DNA of 63,876 nt, counting the filler, from Saprolegnia diclina VS20 (Eukaryota), in assembly GCF_000281045.1 (NCBI RefSeq). It is 20 parts of 16 records of this genome, joined end to end, with 100 filler letters (N's around TTAATTAATTAA, not from the genome) between each part and the next. Parts side by side here need not be neighbours in the genome. Positions count along the whole stretch, not along the records: positions 32,292 to 38,570 come from NW_008246314.1; positions 38,671 to 39,800 come from NW_008246315.1; positions 39,901 to 41,278 come from NW_008246315.1; positions 41,379 to 47,082 come from NW_008246316.1; positions 47,183 to 50,103 come from NW_008246317.1; 15 more parts are not named here. One strand, 5' to 3'. The translations under genes and the position numbers were made by a program. How positions within the stretch are numbered: the first letter of the stretch is position 1; the number at the start of each line of letters is the position of its first letter. This document shows, piece after piece, positions 35,827-48,167 of this stretch. The notes beneath the pieces were generated by a model. That model saw only the letters and a program-made list of their open reading frames with translations, did not search any database and had not been told where the DNA came from.

Positions 35827-37730
35827 CAGCGTGGCTTCAAGCGAGTGCCTCCGCCTCGTACCGGTAGGCGGTAGTGCTCCGTATGCACTCGCATATTTGA
35901 AGTGGGTCCCATGCCAGCTTCAGCGACCACGCAAAGGCCACCCTTCTATGAACGCGTCAAACGCATTCAGAAAGCTACTTGATGCGAGCGGCGACGACCC
36001 AACAGGCACGATATGTGTCGTCGTCCTCCTCAGCAGCGCGGCCGAAACTGGTTCTCGCATGTGGCGATCAGTCGTAATGCTCTCCTCGTCACCGGCTAGC
36101 GTCGGCAGCAAGCTCCTGTCTCAAGCTGGCTGTTTCCAGTAGCTGCATTGTAGCTAGCACACGCAAGTCGGTAGCTGGCCCTGGCAGCGAACTGGTCAAA
36201 GATATCGCGACCCGTCTCATTCGGACCGGAATTGCTATCACGTCACCTGGCGCTCATGATGAAATCCCGCCGTGGGCTCGACAGCTCACTCTTGCAAGTT
36301 TCTGCGCAGAGGCATTGTTTTCGACCGGTACAACTTTCGTCGACCTTCTCTAGCCTCCTCTACGCTCGACAAGTCTACGCTCTTCATCGGCAAAGTCTAC
36401 GCTCGTCATCGACAAGTCGGCTTCTTTGACGCTAGCGCCTTGGTGTCTGGTACTCTTCTTGTCTCTGACGCAGCAAACCTTGACGACTCCATAGTGATCT
36501 CAACAATAGACACAACTCACTCGTTGATGGCGCCGCTTTTTGGCGAGTCGTCTGATCTTGACACACGCGACACCGTCCCACACGAACCCGTCGAAATATC
36601 TCACAAGCACATGTGAGGCGACCAGCTGCTTCCGACACGCGTACACGTGACAGCTGTATGCACGATGCCACTGTTGCACTAGACCAAAGAGACAGCCCAC
36701 ACAAAGTCAAACGGAAAACATTCATTCACGTCCGTTTACACAAATGCCGTGATGGTGCACAGGTTGTCGTCGCAACTTTACGCGATAAAGTTGAAGTGCA
36801 CGTCGTTCCAGTTGTTCCCGCAGTTGGCCATGGTGGCGTCGCCGTTGGGGTAGATGAGCAAGCACCAGCCTTCGTAGTACTTGTGCTTGATCATCGTCGC
36901 CGAGTTGTAGCGAGAGTACTCCCAGCGCTGGTTGANNNNNNNNNNNNNNNNNNNNNNNNNNNNNNNNNNNNNNNNNNNNNNNNNNNNNNNNNNNNNNNNN
37001 NNNNNNNNNNNNNNNNNNNNNNNNNNNNNNNNNNNNNNNNNNNNNNNNNNNNNNNNNNNNNNNNNNNNNNNNNNNNNNNNNNNNNNNNNNNNNNNNNNNN
37101 NNNNNNNNNNNNNNNNNNNNNNNNNNNNNNNNNNNNNNNNNNNNNNNNNNNNNNNNNNNNNNNNNNNNNNNNNNNNNNNNNNNNNNNNNNNNNNNNNNNN
37201 NNNNNNNNNNNNNNNNNNNNNNNNNNNNNNNNNNNNNNNNNNNNNNNNNNNNNNNNNNNNNNNNNNNNNNNNNNNNNNNNNNNNNNNNNNNNNNNNNNNN
37301 NNNNNNNNNNNNNNNNNNNNNNNNNNNNNNNNNNNNNNNNNNNNNNNNNNNNNNNNNNNNNNNNNNNNNNNNNNNNNNNNNNNNNNNNNNNNNNNNNNNN
37401 NNNNNNNNNNNNNNNNNNNNNNNNNNNNNNNNNNNNNNNNNNNNNNNNNNNNNNNNNNNNNNNNNNNNNNNNNNNNNNNNNNNNNNNNNNNNNNNNNNNN
37501 NNNNNNNNNNNNNNNNNNNNNNNNNNNNNNNNNNNNNNNNNNNNNNNNNNNNNNNNNNNNNNNNNNNNNNNNNNNNNNNNNNNNNNNNNNNNNNNNNNNN
37601 NNNNNNNNNNNNNNNNNNNNNNNNNNNNNNNNNNNGAAGCTGGCATGGGACCCACTTCAAATATGCGAGTGCATACGGAGCACTACCGCCTACCGGTACG
37701 AGGCGGAGGCACTCGCTTGAAGCCACGCTG
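35827..37730. repeat. Perfect inverted repeat pair of at least 95 bp (35827-35921 / 37636-37730)
   Basis: Exact reverse complements. The right copy runs into the N gap. Confidence 0.9.
36778..36935 (-). CDS. Ricin-B lectin paralog, C-terminal part (remainder in gap)
   Basis: NQRWEYSRYNSATMIKHKYYEGWCLLIYPNGDATMANCGNNWNDVHFNFIA*, near-identical to the end of 32425-33006. Confidence 0.88.
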
Positions 37731-38423
37731 TACCACGGAAGCTAGAAACTACTGCTACAGTAGTATCTAGTCTACTATGGAAGGGGCATTTTACTGATGC
37801 CAAGGTGTTTCGATGCTCTGACTATTTCTCAGATATGCACACAGCGGCACCCATTTTCGTGACAGGAATTATCAGAGTATGCGGTCGTCTCGACGCCTCA
37901 TCAATTTACGTCCCTTTGTACCAACATGCGAGCAGTGCATGACGGCACAAGGGTACGAGCAGGAACTATTTACATTCTACTGCAAGGTGGTTCTGACACT
38001 GCCATCATCCCCATCATATACCGGTACATTCATCAAAAATGCACGAACGACCAACTTGTCGCTCGCTGCACGAATGAACCTGGACTGTGCAATATGTTGC
38101 TCTGATCTCGTCCGTGCAGCACGTGACGACGTCGGATGTTTGCCTCGACGTACTGTAGTATCTTTCACCGCGACTGTGCAGCACGCTCAAAAATACCGTT
38201 GAGTACGTCACATCAACCCAAGTCGTTGCTCAAGCTACACCGTTTTCGTAGTCATTGGTCGTTTTATAGCATTCAAAATGGCAAGGTCGTCGTTGATCTG
38301 GTCATACATGCAACGATCGACGGGCGATACCCATATCTTTTGCACTGAGTAGCGAATGAAATTTCGGGCTGCTAGGCGGCTCTCGTTTTGCACTTCATTT
38401 TCACTTTGACCTTCTCCATCAAC

Positions 38424-38570
38424 ATGCGCATTTTCCTCGGTGCCCTCCTCCTTGCTGCTACGGCGTTTGGCGCTCAATCCACGCCCGACGACGCCACCGT
38501 GGCCGTAGTCGATGACACCACCGTGACCGTGGTCGACCGTCTTGTCGGCGCCCCCGAGGGCGATGACTTG
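38424..38570 (+). CDS. Secreted protein N-terminus, possibly another ricin-family paralog
   Basis: Signal peptide MRIFLGALLLAATAFGA. Same ATCAACATGCGC start context and INR as 32425. Confidence 0.6.
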
Positions 38571-38670
38571 NNNNNNNNNNNNNNNNNNNNNNNNNNNNNN
38601 NNNNNNNNNNNNNNTTAATTAATTAANNNNNNNNNNNNNNNNNNNNNNNNNNNNNNNNNNNNNNNNNNNN

Positions 38671-39018
38671 GCCGACTCTGGGGCCTGGCACCAGCCATTC
38701 TGGGACAAGAAAAGGCCGGTGCTCGACGCTCCAGACCGGCGCTTATAGCTGCGTCTACCCGTCCAAGGGCCTCCAAAATATGGACGTCCACCTTCGTGGG
38801 TAGTACGTCCAGCTGACATTTTGACCTCTTGCACATCACACCAACCCATATACCAGCCCATTTTCGACCGATCCTAGTCTTTTATGTTTGTCAAGAGTCG
38901 CGTTTGCCACCAACACAAACTTTCATTCATGATTCATGTGCGCAAATTCGAGTGATTTCTGGTGACGGCGTTGCTTGTCCCAGAATGGCTGGTGCCAGGC
39001 CCCAGAGTCGGCGGCCTG
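38671..39018. mobile_element. MITE-like element with terminal inverted repeats of at least 39 bp
   Basis: 38671-38709 is the exact reverse complement of 38974-39012. The right end continues GGCCTG (CAGG.. terminus, hAT-like). Left end cut by the linker, so no TSD is visible. Confidence 0.65.
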
Positions 39019-39461
39019 CTTGACGCTCAAGACGGCGTTGATGTAAAAATATGCTAGAGCTTTCTGGTTTCTAAGTCCTTCCAGAGCCCTATCGACACCA
39101 TCCTTAGCACACGTTCGGGAGTGTTCGCATTGGCGTCGTCATCGTACCTTTGCGTGCTCGACGAACGCGACGAAGGTTCTTTTTGATTTGAAGTCCCTTG
39201 GCTTGCACTATCTTCGTATTTGTATGTGATACATTGGCCGTGTTCTTTTCGCGTACTTGATGTTTCTATCGCATACAAAAAGTGCGTATAGTCGATTGCG
39301 TGGCAGCACCAGGTGGCGGCGGATCGATCACGCGACGCGACGGCGCTTCAATGACGTTTCGGAGCGCCATGCGATGACCGTAGTTGGCATCCCAGCAAGC
39401 ATCTTGACGCATTGACTCATTCCTCAATCTGCTTTCTAGCACCACCAACTCGACAACTACC

Positions 39462-39800
39462 ATGGCGTCCAACAACATTTACCACGGTCAAGCGGCGTTC
39501 GCGCCGGGTCTTGACGTCAAGCCGCACACGTACGAGGCGCGGCCGTTCGACGAAGAGAACGGCATCGAGATCAAGGTGTCGCACTGCGGCATCTGTGCCT
39601 CAGACCTGCACACGATCTCGGGCGGGTGGGGACCGATCCAGTACCCGCTGGTCGTCGGCCACGAAATCGTCGGGCACGTCGTGCGCACCGGGTCCAAGGT
39701 CGACCCAATCAAGTACGCGATCGGGACGCGCGTCGGTGTCGGCGCGCAGTGCGGGAGCTGCCTCGACTGCCACCAGTGCAACATGCACGAAGAGCAGGTG
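39462..39800 (+). CDS. Zn-dependent alcohol dehydrogenase (cinnamyl-ADH-like MDR), N-terminal part
   Basis: CGICASDLH, GHEIVG, RVGVG..CGSCLDCHQC. Confidence 0.93.
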
Positions 39801-39900
39801 NNNNNNNNNNNNNNNNNNNNNNNNNNNNNNNNNNNNNNNNNNNNTTAATTAATTAANNNNNNNNNNNNNNNNNNNNNNNNNNNNNNNNNNNNNNNNNNNN

Positions 39901-40273
39901 GTGGCGGCTGCTCTTGAGCGACGAAGACCCGAGCGACGTCGGCGATCTGCAACGAACGCTGGACGCCGAGTGGCGCGGCTTTTTGCGCCTCAACCTCGTG
40001 GGCGTCAGCAACGTCTTTAACAAGATGTGGGCCTCGCTCGGGCCGCGTCTGGACGCCGTCAAAGGCGATGCCAAGGTGCAGTCGTTTCTGAAGAAACTCA
40101 ACTCGACATCGCTCGCCGCCGAGACAACGCAAATCGCTGCTGTGCTCGTGCTGCTACACAAAATTGATCTCGCGACCGAAACGACCTCTGACGAGCGCGT
40201 GTTCATGGACGTCTTTGCCACGATGTTCACCGAGATGGCACCCGCGCTCGAGGACGCCGTCACGATGCCCTAA
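39901..40273 (+). CDS. C-terminal fragment of an unknown helical protein
   Basis: Open frame from the contig start with host-like codon bias. No motif recognised. Confidence 0.5.
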
Positions 40274-40556
40274 TCTCGACGTCTGCATTCTTTAAAGCCA
40301 TAATATTGGGCGATTATCGCCCAAACCGTCGCGGGAGGGTTAACTACTTGCAAATTTACAATCTTGCGGGTGACGCGCACGGCGACTTCACAAAGGTGGC
40401 ATCGCCTTCAATTTGAGGACTTGTCCTGATTAGGCTGAATGACCTGGTTTTAGGGTGTTGCCACCACGGCGTTTGAAACTGTCGATATAATGACGTGGCA
40501 GTGCGACAGACAAGCAAACTGAAAAGTCATAGGTATTCATAATGTTTACGAAATAT

Positions 40557-41278
40557 TTAGCGCTGCATCTGACGCGCGACCAAGTTGGCGTAGAGACCGT
40601 TCGGGAGGTTGACCAGCTCGTCGTGCGTGCCGAGTTCGCACACCTTGCCGTCGTTGACGACCGCAATCATGTCGGCGTTGCGGATCGTCGACAAGCGGTG
40701 GGCGACGATCACGGTCGTGCGCCGCTTCTGCTTGAGGAGACGATCGAGCGACTCTTGCACGATGCGCTCGCTCTCCGTGTCGAGCGCCGACGTGGCTTCG
40801 TCCAGCAAGAGCACGGCGGGATCCCGGATGATGGCGCGCGCGATCGCAATGCGCTGCTTCTGGCCGCCCGACACTTGCACGCCGCGGTCGCCCACCGTCG
40901 TCTCGTACCCGTTGGGAAAGCGCATGATAAAGTCGTGCGCGTTGGCCTTCTTGGCGGCGTCCTCGATCTCGGCCATGGTCGCACCCGGCTTGCCCGTGGC
41001 GATGTTGTCGGCGATCGTGCCCGCAAACAGCACGGGCTCCTGCGACACGATCGAGATGTGGCTGCGCAGCGACTGCACGTTGAGCGACCGGAGGTCATGG
41101 CCGTCGAGGAAGACCGCGCCGGACGCCGGGTCGTAAAAGCGCTCAAGAAGACCGATCGCCGTGCTCTTGCCCGAGCCCGAGCCGCCGACGAGCGCGAGCG
41201 TCTGGCCGGCGTGGATCGTCAAGCTGTAGTCCTTGTAGATCTGCGAGTCGGGGCGCGAGGGATACGCAAAGGCGACGT
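40557..41278 (-). CDS. ABCB (MDR/P-glycoprotein) transporter, C-terminal nucleotide-binding domain
   Basis: Walker [10 protein letters not shown]-loop SQEP, signature SGGQKQR, Walker [13 protein letters not shown]-loop AHRLST. Confidence 0.95.
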
Positions 41279-41456
41279 NNNNNNNNNNNNNNNNNNNNNN
41301 NNNNNNNNNNNNNNNNNNNNNNTTAATTAATTAANNNNNNNNNNNNNNNNNNNNNNNNNNNNNNNNNNNNNNNNNNNNAGCGACCGCCTCGCCAGTCTCC
41401 AGCTGCACAACACGTGGCTGGCAGCACAACTGAACGCGGCTGCCGCTCCACCAACG

Positions 41457-41770
41457 GTTTGCATATTCATTCTCCTCTTGTCTTTTACACATTTTCATTT
41501 TGTATTTTAGGGCGCCAACCCTTAACTACATCGCCAGCTCGGCCCGCCCGGCTCGCTCTGTAGTCCCCAATAACATTCAATCAATCAAACGTATTTTTCT
41601 CGTAAAGTCATATTTGCTTCAACTAACTCAGAGACTATGCTACGCCTGAGTACAATTGTAGCAGCAGTGAGGGCGTTGGAAATGAGCTCAGCGATCCATC
41701 TCGTAGTAGAACCCACTCGCAGTGCGATAGCTCGCGTGCACACTCCTCTACTCGGACCACTCGACAAAGG
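41457..41770 (+). repeat. Diverged direct repeat of about 310 bp (second copy about 45930-46255)
   Basis: Shared tattcattctcctcttgtcttttacacatttt..tgtattttagggcgccaaccct..aataacattcaatcaatcaaacgtattt..gatccatctcgta..gtagaacccactcgca. Confidence 0.85.
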
Positions 41771-44700
41771 CGTGCAGGTCGTGAAGTGAAGTCATAGTGT
41801 ACTAACATGTAAACGCCGAGTCTTCATTATAGATGTGCCGCAAGATTCGAAGTGCCGCTTGTATCATGCGGTAGGCCGTGCGTGCGTGACCTCGACCTGG
41901 CGCCATGCCTGCGTCTTTTCAAGCTGGCGTGGTTCGTGTCGACTGACATGCCACCTGACGACGCACGAACGTGGTAGAGACCGTGGCCAGCGCTTCTTAG
42001 CGCCTTCTTACTCTTGGGCGCGGGCGTCGTGCGCGCAGTGGCCTGGCACTCGACTGCCGCGTGCTTGCTGGCGAGCGTGTCGGGTTGGGCTCGTCTGTAG
42101 CGTGTCGATGGCGTCGCAAGTCGCGCAGGCAGCGGTGGCCGGCGGAAGCAGCGCTGGTTGGCGCACGCATCGGCGGCCATGCAGACGAGCAGGCGCCGTG
42201 TCCTGGCAATCGGTAACATAAACGGGGCGTCGAATTGCGATGTGCAAGCGCTCAGAACAGGCTCTATCTTGCTGTTCTTAGAGAAGAACCCCACCAGGTC
42301 GCTATTGTTTTATGGTCATTCCCTCAATGCACCCTGCACACTCGTAGACAAAAGAGTTTCGCAAACACAGCTTCAACTTGGCCAACGCGTCCGAGCGGCG
42401 ACGGGCCCCGGCTTGCCGCAAGCACGTCCTTGCCCGCTACTTGTATACGAGCAGCTCCGATACGGTGGCTTATCAGGACGTTGCTCTCTTGGTGGTGCAG
42501 TGGCATGTCTTTTGTCGTGCGTCTGACGTCTCGAGGCTCGCCAAGAACAGCATTTCGCGCGATGCAATTCTTCTGGGCATCCAACGCATGGCAAGTTTGG
42601 CGTTAATGCCGGACGACGACATTTGCACGTGTCCGATCACGGCTTGGCGTTGGCACTCGCAACGCAGGGTGTTCGATCTGTTGCAGACGAAACTGGTGGG
42701 GAAATCGACGCCGAGGATCCTGATTTGGGGCCAACCAGTGGCAAGAAGACGACTGCAACTGACAGGATTACAAAGCAAAGAACGCCATCAGCCTCACTCG
42801 CATTGGCATTAGAATCTTGCTCGTCGTCGTCGTTCCTTCTTCATCTTCTCCATCGCGCATTCGGCGCACTGGCGTCCACAGTTCCACGCAGCAGTAGTGA
42901 CAGCGGACGCAACCACGCGTCCGACTTTGGCGCATCGTGTGAATCCAAGTTTCGCTCGTTTGACTAAAACGTAGCGACGGCAGCCTCATTGTCAACGCGT
43001 CCGACCCGCGGCTCCTTCTGGTCGGTCAAAACGGTGTCGGTCACTCATATGATCCGACACAATGGGCCCAGGACGGTCGTAGGCGCACGCAAGCTCGGCT
43101 TCTTTACCATCGGCACGCCCGAGGCCCCGAGACGCCGCGGTTGTCGTTCTCAGGCGACCGCATTGTCGTTGAGGACTACATAGAGACGTCACACGTGACC
43201 TCGAGTTGTACTCGCAGCAGGAAGCTCACCATGTCTCTCTGTTGAGTAGATATGCTTTTACAAAGGCGTCGCGCGAGACGCAGCAATCACGAGCTGCGTG
43301 CAAACGTACATGGCGCGCATCTCGAGTTACGACGCTCGCCAAGGCCGTGCGGCAGCTGGCGTACATGGCGCGCATCTCGAGTTACGACGCTCGACACTAG
43401 CTGGCGCTACCGCTCGACACGCGGACGTCGCCCATGCGGGAGGGGGATCATGCGCGGCGAAGAGAGCGACCAACTTTGGTATCGTGGATACCGACGCAAT
43501 CCGGTTAAAGCTCGGCGCGCACCGGCGGCTTTGTTCGAAGCGACAGTGGTACGACCGTTGTTATCGTGGAATGCATTTCAGCGCTTCTCTGCATGTATAT
43601 CGAGCAGCACTTGCGCGCATGCCTGGCGCGTTCCCGCACGGCTCGGGCGATTGCAGCATCTACGCCAGCGCTACCGCGTCACTTTTCGTACCCGATCTGA
43701 TGGGCTGCGTAGATTATGTCGCGTGGCAGAAGGGCAAGCTCGTCCCGAGACACGGTAAGACCACCGAGCAAGTTGTGCGCTTCATCGAGGAGAAGCGGCT
43801 GCTGGCGTAGACGGCGAAGAAAAGCCGACGAGGTCGTCGTCGATTAAACTGTCGTAGGAGACGCTCTGTGATCGTGATGCGATGTCATAGAATTGTTGTG
43901 GTCCGTCTTGTCGCCATCGCCTTGAGAGTACGGTGTGCTATGCACGTAATCTCGCACGTCTTGTAACCAGCGTCTCGTGGAGCTCGCACTTGAGCTCCAG
44001 CAACGCAATGCGCGTGTCGTGGACGCATCCGTTTGGCGACGCTGGTGTGATAGTAGAGAACACGTCAAGAGCGCATGCATCGTACCTTCTGTTGACAGCC
44101 GCGTCTCCCACGAATGCAGCAACCGGTCGTTGAACGCAAGCATGCTAGCGACAGACGTTCCTGCCGTGGTTCGTTGCCAAAGTCGCTTGGGCGCAGCCGT
44201 GACCATCAAATTATCCATTGCAGTGGCTATGCGCTTGGATTGCACCTTGCGATGCACCTTGCGCTTTATGCACGCGCCAAGGTTTTCCATCGGGACAATA
44301 TTTTCCTGCTCAACGCAAGGCGACAGCAGCTCGTGTCGATGAGCGGCAAGGTTAGCAAACCGACGTGCATCAAACGACTTGTACCGGTGTCTCGTTGACA
44401 GCCCGCACCTTGGCGAAGCGCGCCTTGAGGCCCTGCACCACCTTTGCGCGGTCGAAGGCGAACACAGACCGCGCAATGTGTCACCAAAGTCCGAGCGAGG
44501 CCGGCGCTCGGTCGGCGCGAAGCTGGTTGACACCGTTGGGACGACCTTGGCTTGCATACTTGTCGGCGCTGCCGCCCATGCTCTTGTAGTGCATGGTCTT
44601 GGCCTTGGTCGCGATGGGCAGGGTGATCCTGCGTCGTCTGCGGAGCGTCCATGACCGTCGGTCCATCGTCCTCGGAGCGCGCGGGCAGCATGCAGCAGTC

Positions 44701-47182
44701 GGCGCTTCGTGGGCGATGCTCGTCTTCTCGCTCTCGCGGACAAACCAAAACTGGCGCGCGCCAACCGGAAGCCGCTCCGAAACCGTTTGATAGGATTCGG
44801 CATAACCGCGGGTCTTTGCGGTATGTGCCAAATATACCATTCGCATTTGCCACCTCCAGTCGAACCTTAGTCGATACAAACGACTAAACGCATTGGATGG
44901 CAGCGCTGACCACGTCGACCTGTCCGACGTCGCGCCTGACGCACATGGCATGGGCAGTACGTACACGGCGATGGCATCCATGACGTTAACCAGGTAGCGC
45001 AGGCATGGTCGATCTGGCGCCCTTGCTGCAGTAGGCGCAAGCGGCGACACTAGCGACGTCGACGCTGCTGACGACGATGCCCGGAGACGTTCTCTCGGCC
45101 CATACCCTAAGACCATCATTCCAATTCACTTCGAAATGCGCCACGTCATCGGTCGACATGATCGAGTTGACTGCATACAAAACGCCTAACATCTTCAGAT
45201 CGAGGGGGATTTTCTGACAGTCCGACACAATTCAAAGGCTTTTTGGCGACTTTGCACCCCAATACAATAACGTTTCGTATACTTTCTACTTCGTCGTTGG
45301 CATACTATTAGTTTGATTGGCATGCGAGTTTTTAATTCAATTATCCTTCGTCTTCGTCGACGTCACATTTGCTTTGCTCGCGTGGACCGGACCCACAACA
45401 TACTCAAGATCAGCATCTCTGCACGCGCCGCAATGGCCGCTCTCTCGCGGCATGGCGGCGCAGGACGACGGCGCAGAGCGCCTCAAGAAGGAACATGACG
45501 CGCGGTAGACCACCGCGACAAGGGTCGTGTCCGCGCCCTGATCAAGACAGGCGCGACCCAAGACCGACGCAGCGACCAAGTTCATGGTGGACACCATGAT
45601 GGCAGCAATGGTCAAGGCCAAGGCCGGGCTGGCGGAGGCGCCGACCTCGACCGCACACGGGCTCCTCCTCGCGCTCGCCGGCGACGCGGATCTCGCAGCC
45701 GCCGTCGCTAAGAGCGCAGCGCACGATCCGGGCTTGGTAACCTGGATCGCGCTGCATCGCGCTCTTCTTCTGGCAGCGAAGACATCCAAGGTCTTGCAAG
45801 GCCTGCATTTTTCCAATGTCGTGCTTGAACACGAAGGCTTTAACGATCACGTTGTCCGCCAAGGCAAGCTTCCTCGGCGCGTCCAAGCTCGAAAAGATTC
45901 GCATGGCGATTCTTCTCTCGAACGTGCCGGTATGCCTATATTCATTCTCCTCTTGTCTTTTACACATTTTGATTTTGTATTTTAGGGCGCCAACCCTTTA
46001 ACTACATCGCCAGCTCGACTCGCCGGGCTCGCTTTGTAGTCCCAATAACATTCAATCAATCAAACGTATTTCGCGTAAAATCATATTAACAATACTAACT
46101 TGCAGACTTTGCTACTCCTGAATGCATACAGACTGTAGCACGTCGTCGTTGGAAATGGGCTCAGAGATCCATCTCGTACAGTGTAGTAGAACCCACTCGC
46201 ATAGCGCATGCTCGCACGACGCAGACTCCTGTACGCGGACCGTAGACTACTAAGCGTCGTGTCGTCTGTCACCTCGATCCAGCACCCAGAGCGTGCCGAC
46301 GGAACGATACTGCCGTCCTCGAGCTGAACGCGGTAGTCGGAAACTTGCGCCAATCGGAAGCTACGGTGGAGGGACAGTCGTCCACGCTCGTTGCATTCGA
46401 GATTGGTCACGAGCGTTCACGAGCCTGGAACGAGGCTGCAGAGAACGCTTACGGCGACCTGCTTGGTCGTCGCGGCAGGCGATCTCGGCTTGGAGGTTTG
46501 TAAAGACTGCTGTGGCGCGACACGGTCGGAGATACTAGTATAAGAATGCAAATATGAAAGTGCAATTGTTTGTTACACGGCTCACATTTGGCCGCACCGC
46601 TTGGCTACGCGCATGCGAGCCGAAAATCGATCGTCCTCGAGCTTCGGCGCGTAGCGCTTCGCGCTGTGGAGGAGGAGGTCGCGGTAGCCGTAGGTCGCGG
46701 TAGCGGCCATCCACGCGTGTGCACCCAGTCGGTGTGCACCCCATCGACGGGCTGAGGACCGAGACACATCTTGCACGCATGGTACTTGTGCTTGTCGGTC
46801 CAGGTCGTGCAGGGGAAGAGCTTGTCGCAACGCACGGCAGCGTCAAATTGGCGCATGTACCGGTAGTCGGCGAAAAGCGAGCCGAGACCAGGGTGCTTTG
46901 CCTCGGCGGTGAGCTAGTCCATGCGAAAGCTCTTGAGGTGCGTGACGGGTTGCGCGCCACCTTAAGGAGCCCATGCCTAGGCACGCGATCGTCGCGTCTG
47001 CTAGCATGGCCGAGAGAAAACTAGGCGAGGACCGAGCGGCAGCGCATGAGCGTCGACCATGGCGCGCGACGGCCCACCTTCCNNNNNNNNNNNNNNNNNN
47101 NNNNNNNNNNNNNNNNNNNNNNNNNNTTAATTAATTAANNNNNNNNNNNNNNNNNNNNNNNNNNNNNNNNNNNNNNNNNNNN

Positions 47183-48167
47183 TGCGACGTGGACGCAAAT
47201 GCGGTGCGCAAGCGCCTCGAGGCCGTTCTCGCCGACGTTGCGGCGGGCGTGCGCGCCAAGGCCGCTCTCGTCGCCGGTGCCGGCGCCGCCCGCGCCCAGT
47301 TTGCAACCGACGTGGCGCACTGGGAGACGATGGCCAACGAGGTAGTGGCCGAGATGGATGCGATACAGACGCACTTCAAGTCGTCCAACGCCAAGCCGAC
47401 CCACGAGGTATCCTTGGCGCCAAACATCCCATGTACGATCGAATGCATAGGACCAGCAGCAGTTCCGATACCTACAGTACGTGCAACAAAAAGCCCAGTA
47501 CTACCAGTACGTGCACGGGAACCTCCTGGCGACCGACTTTGGCGACCACGACGCGTACGCATCACTCGTCGGGCAGTGCTTTGAGTATACTGTGAACGAA
47601 AAAGAGCTCAAGGGCGGGACGTCCAACACGGTCGCCAGGACGTACGTCATGGTTGTCTGCCCGTTCCTCAATGTCACGCAGACCGAGCCTGCGTATCACG
47701 AGTGGCGGCTCGCACAGGTATTATTGCATGCCGGCATCTGCCTATACGCTGCAATTTCATCTATGTAGAAGCAAGCGCAGGCGGGCGAGACGCCGATCAC
47801 GCCGCCCACAGAGCGCGAAGAGCAACGCCCGATCTTGCTCGGTGTGTGGGCCAACTGGACGACCGACGTACGACCAACGCATGTGGGCTTGCCGCATGCG
47901 CTGTATGACGAGGCACCGGCGCCGCTGGAGGCCGACCCGTCGCCCATCCGCGTCCAGATGTACGACCACGGCGAGCGCTGCGGCGAAGCGCCCCGGCGCG
48001 TGCACATGCAGATGGAGTGTGCATCGACCAACTACGTCAAGTTTGTCGAAGAAAGGTCCGTGTGCGTCTACAGCATCGGCTTTGCAACGCCTGCCGCGTG
48101 CTCGCCAGATTATGTGCGCCACCTGCAATCGGTTCTAGGGGCGTCGGCACGCCACGACGAGCTCTAA
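47183..48167 (+). CDS. Glucosidase II beta-subunit-like (PRKCSH/MRH domain) ER protein, 5' truncated
   Basis: DFG..YASLVGQCF..CPF..VTQ..LGVW..YDHGERC..R..C..E..CVY..TPAAC with terminal HDEL*. Introns 47408-47450 and 47718-47768 restore the frame. Confidence 0.88.

Noticed and set aside
37745..37775. Helitron 3' end (ACTACTG-CTA-CAGTAGT hairpin then CTAG|T)
   Set aside because: The hairpin is AT-rich and only 2 nt from CTAG, unlike the usual GC-rich hairpin about 10 nt upstream; no supporting copy.
43305..43393. 34-bp direct repeat with a 21-bp spacer resembling a CRISPR unit
   Set aside because: Only two full copies, no cas genes, eukaryotic context; a local tandem duplication.
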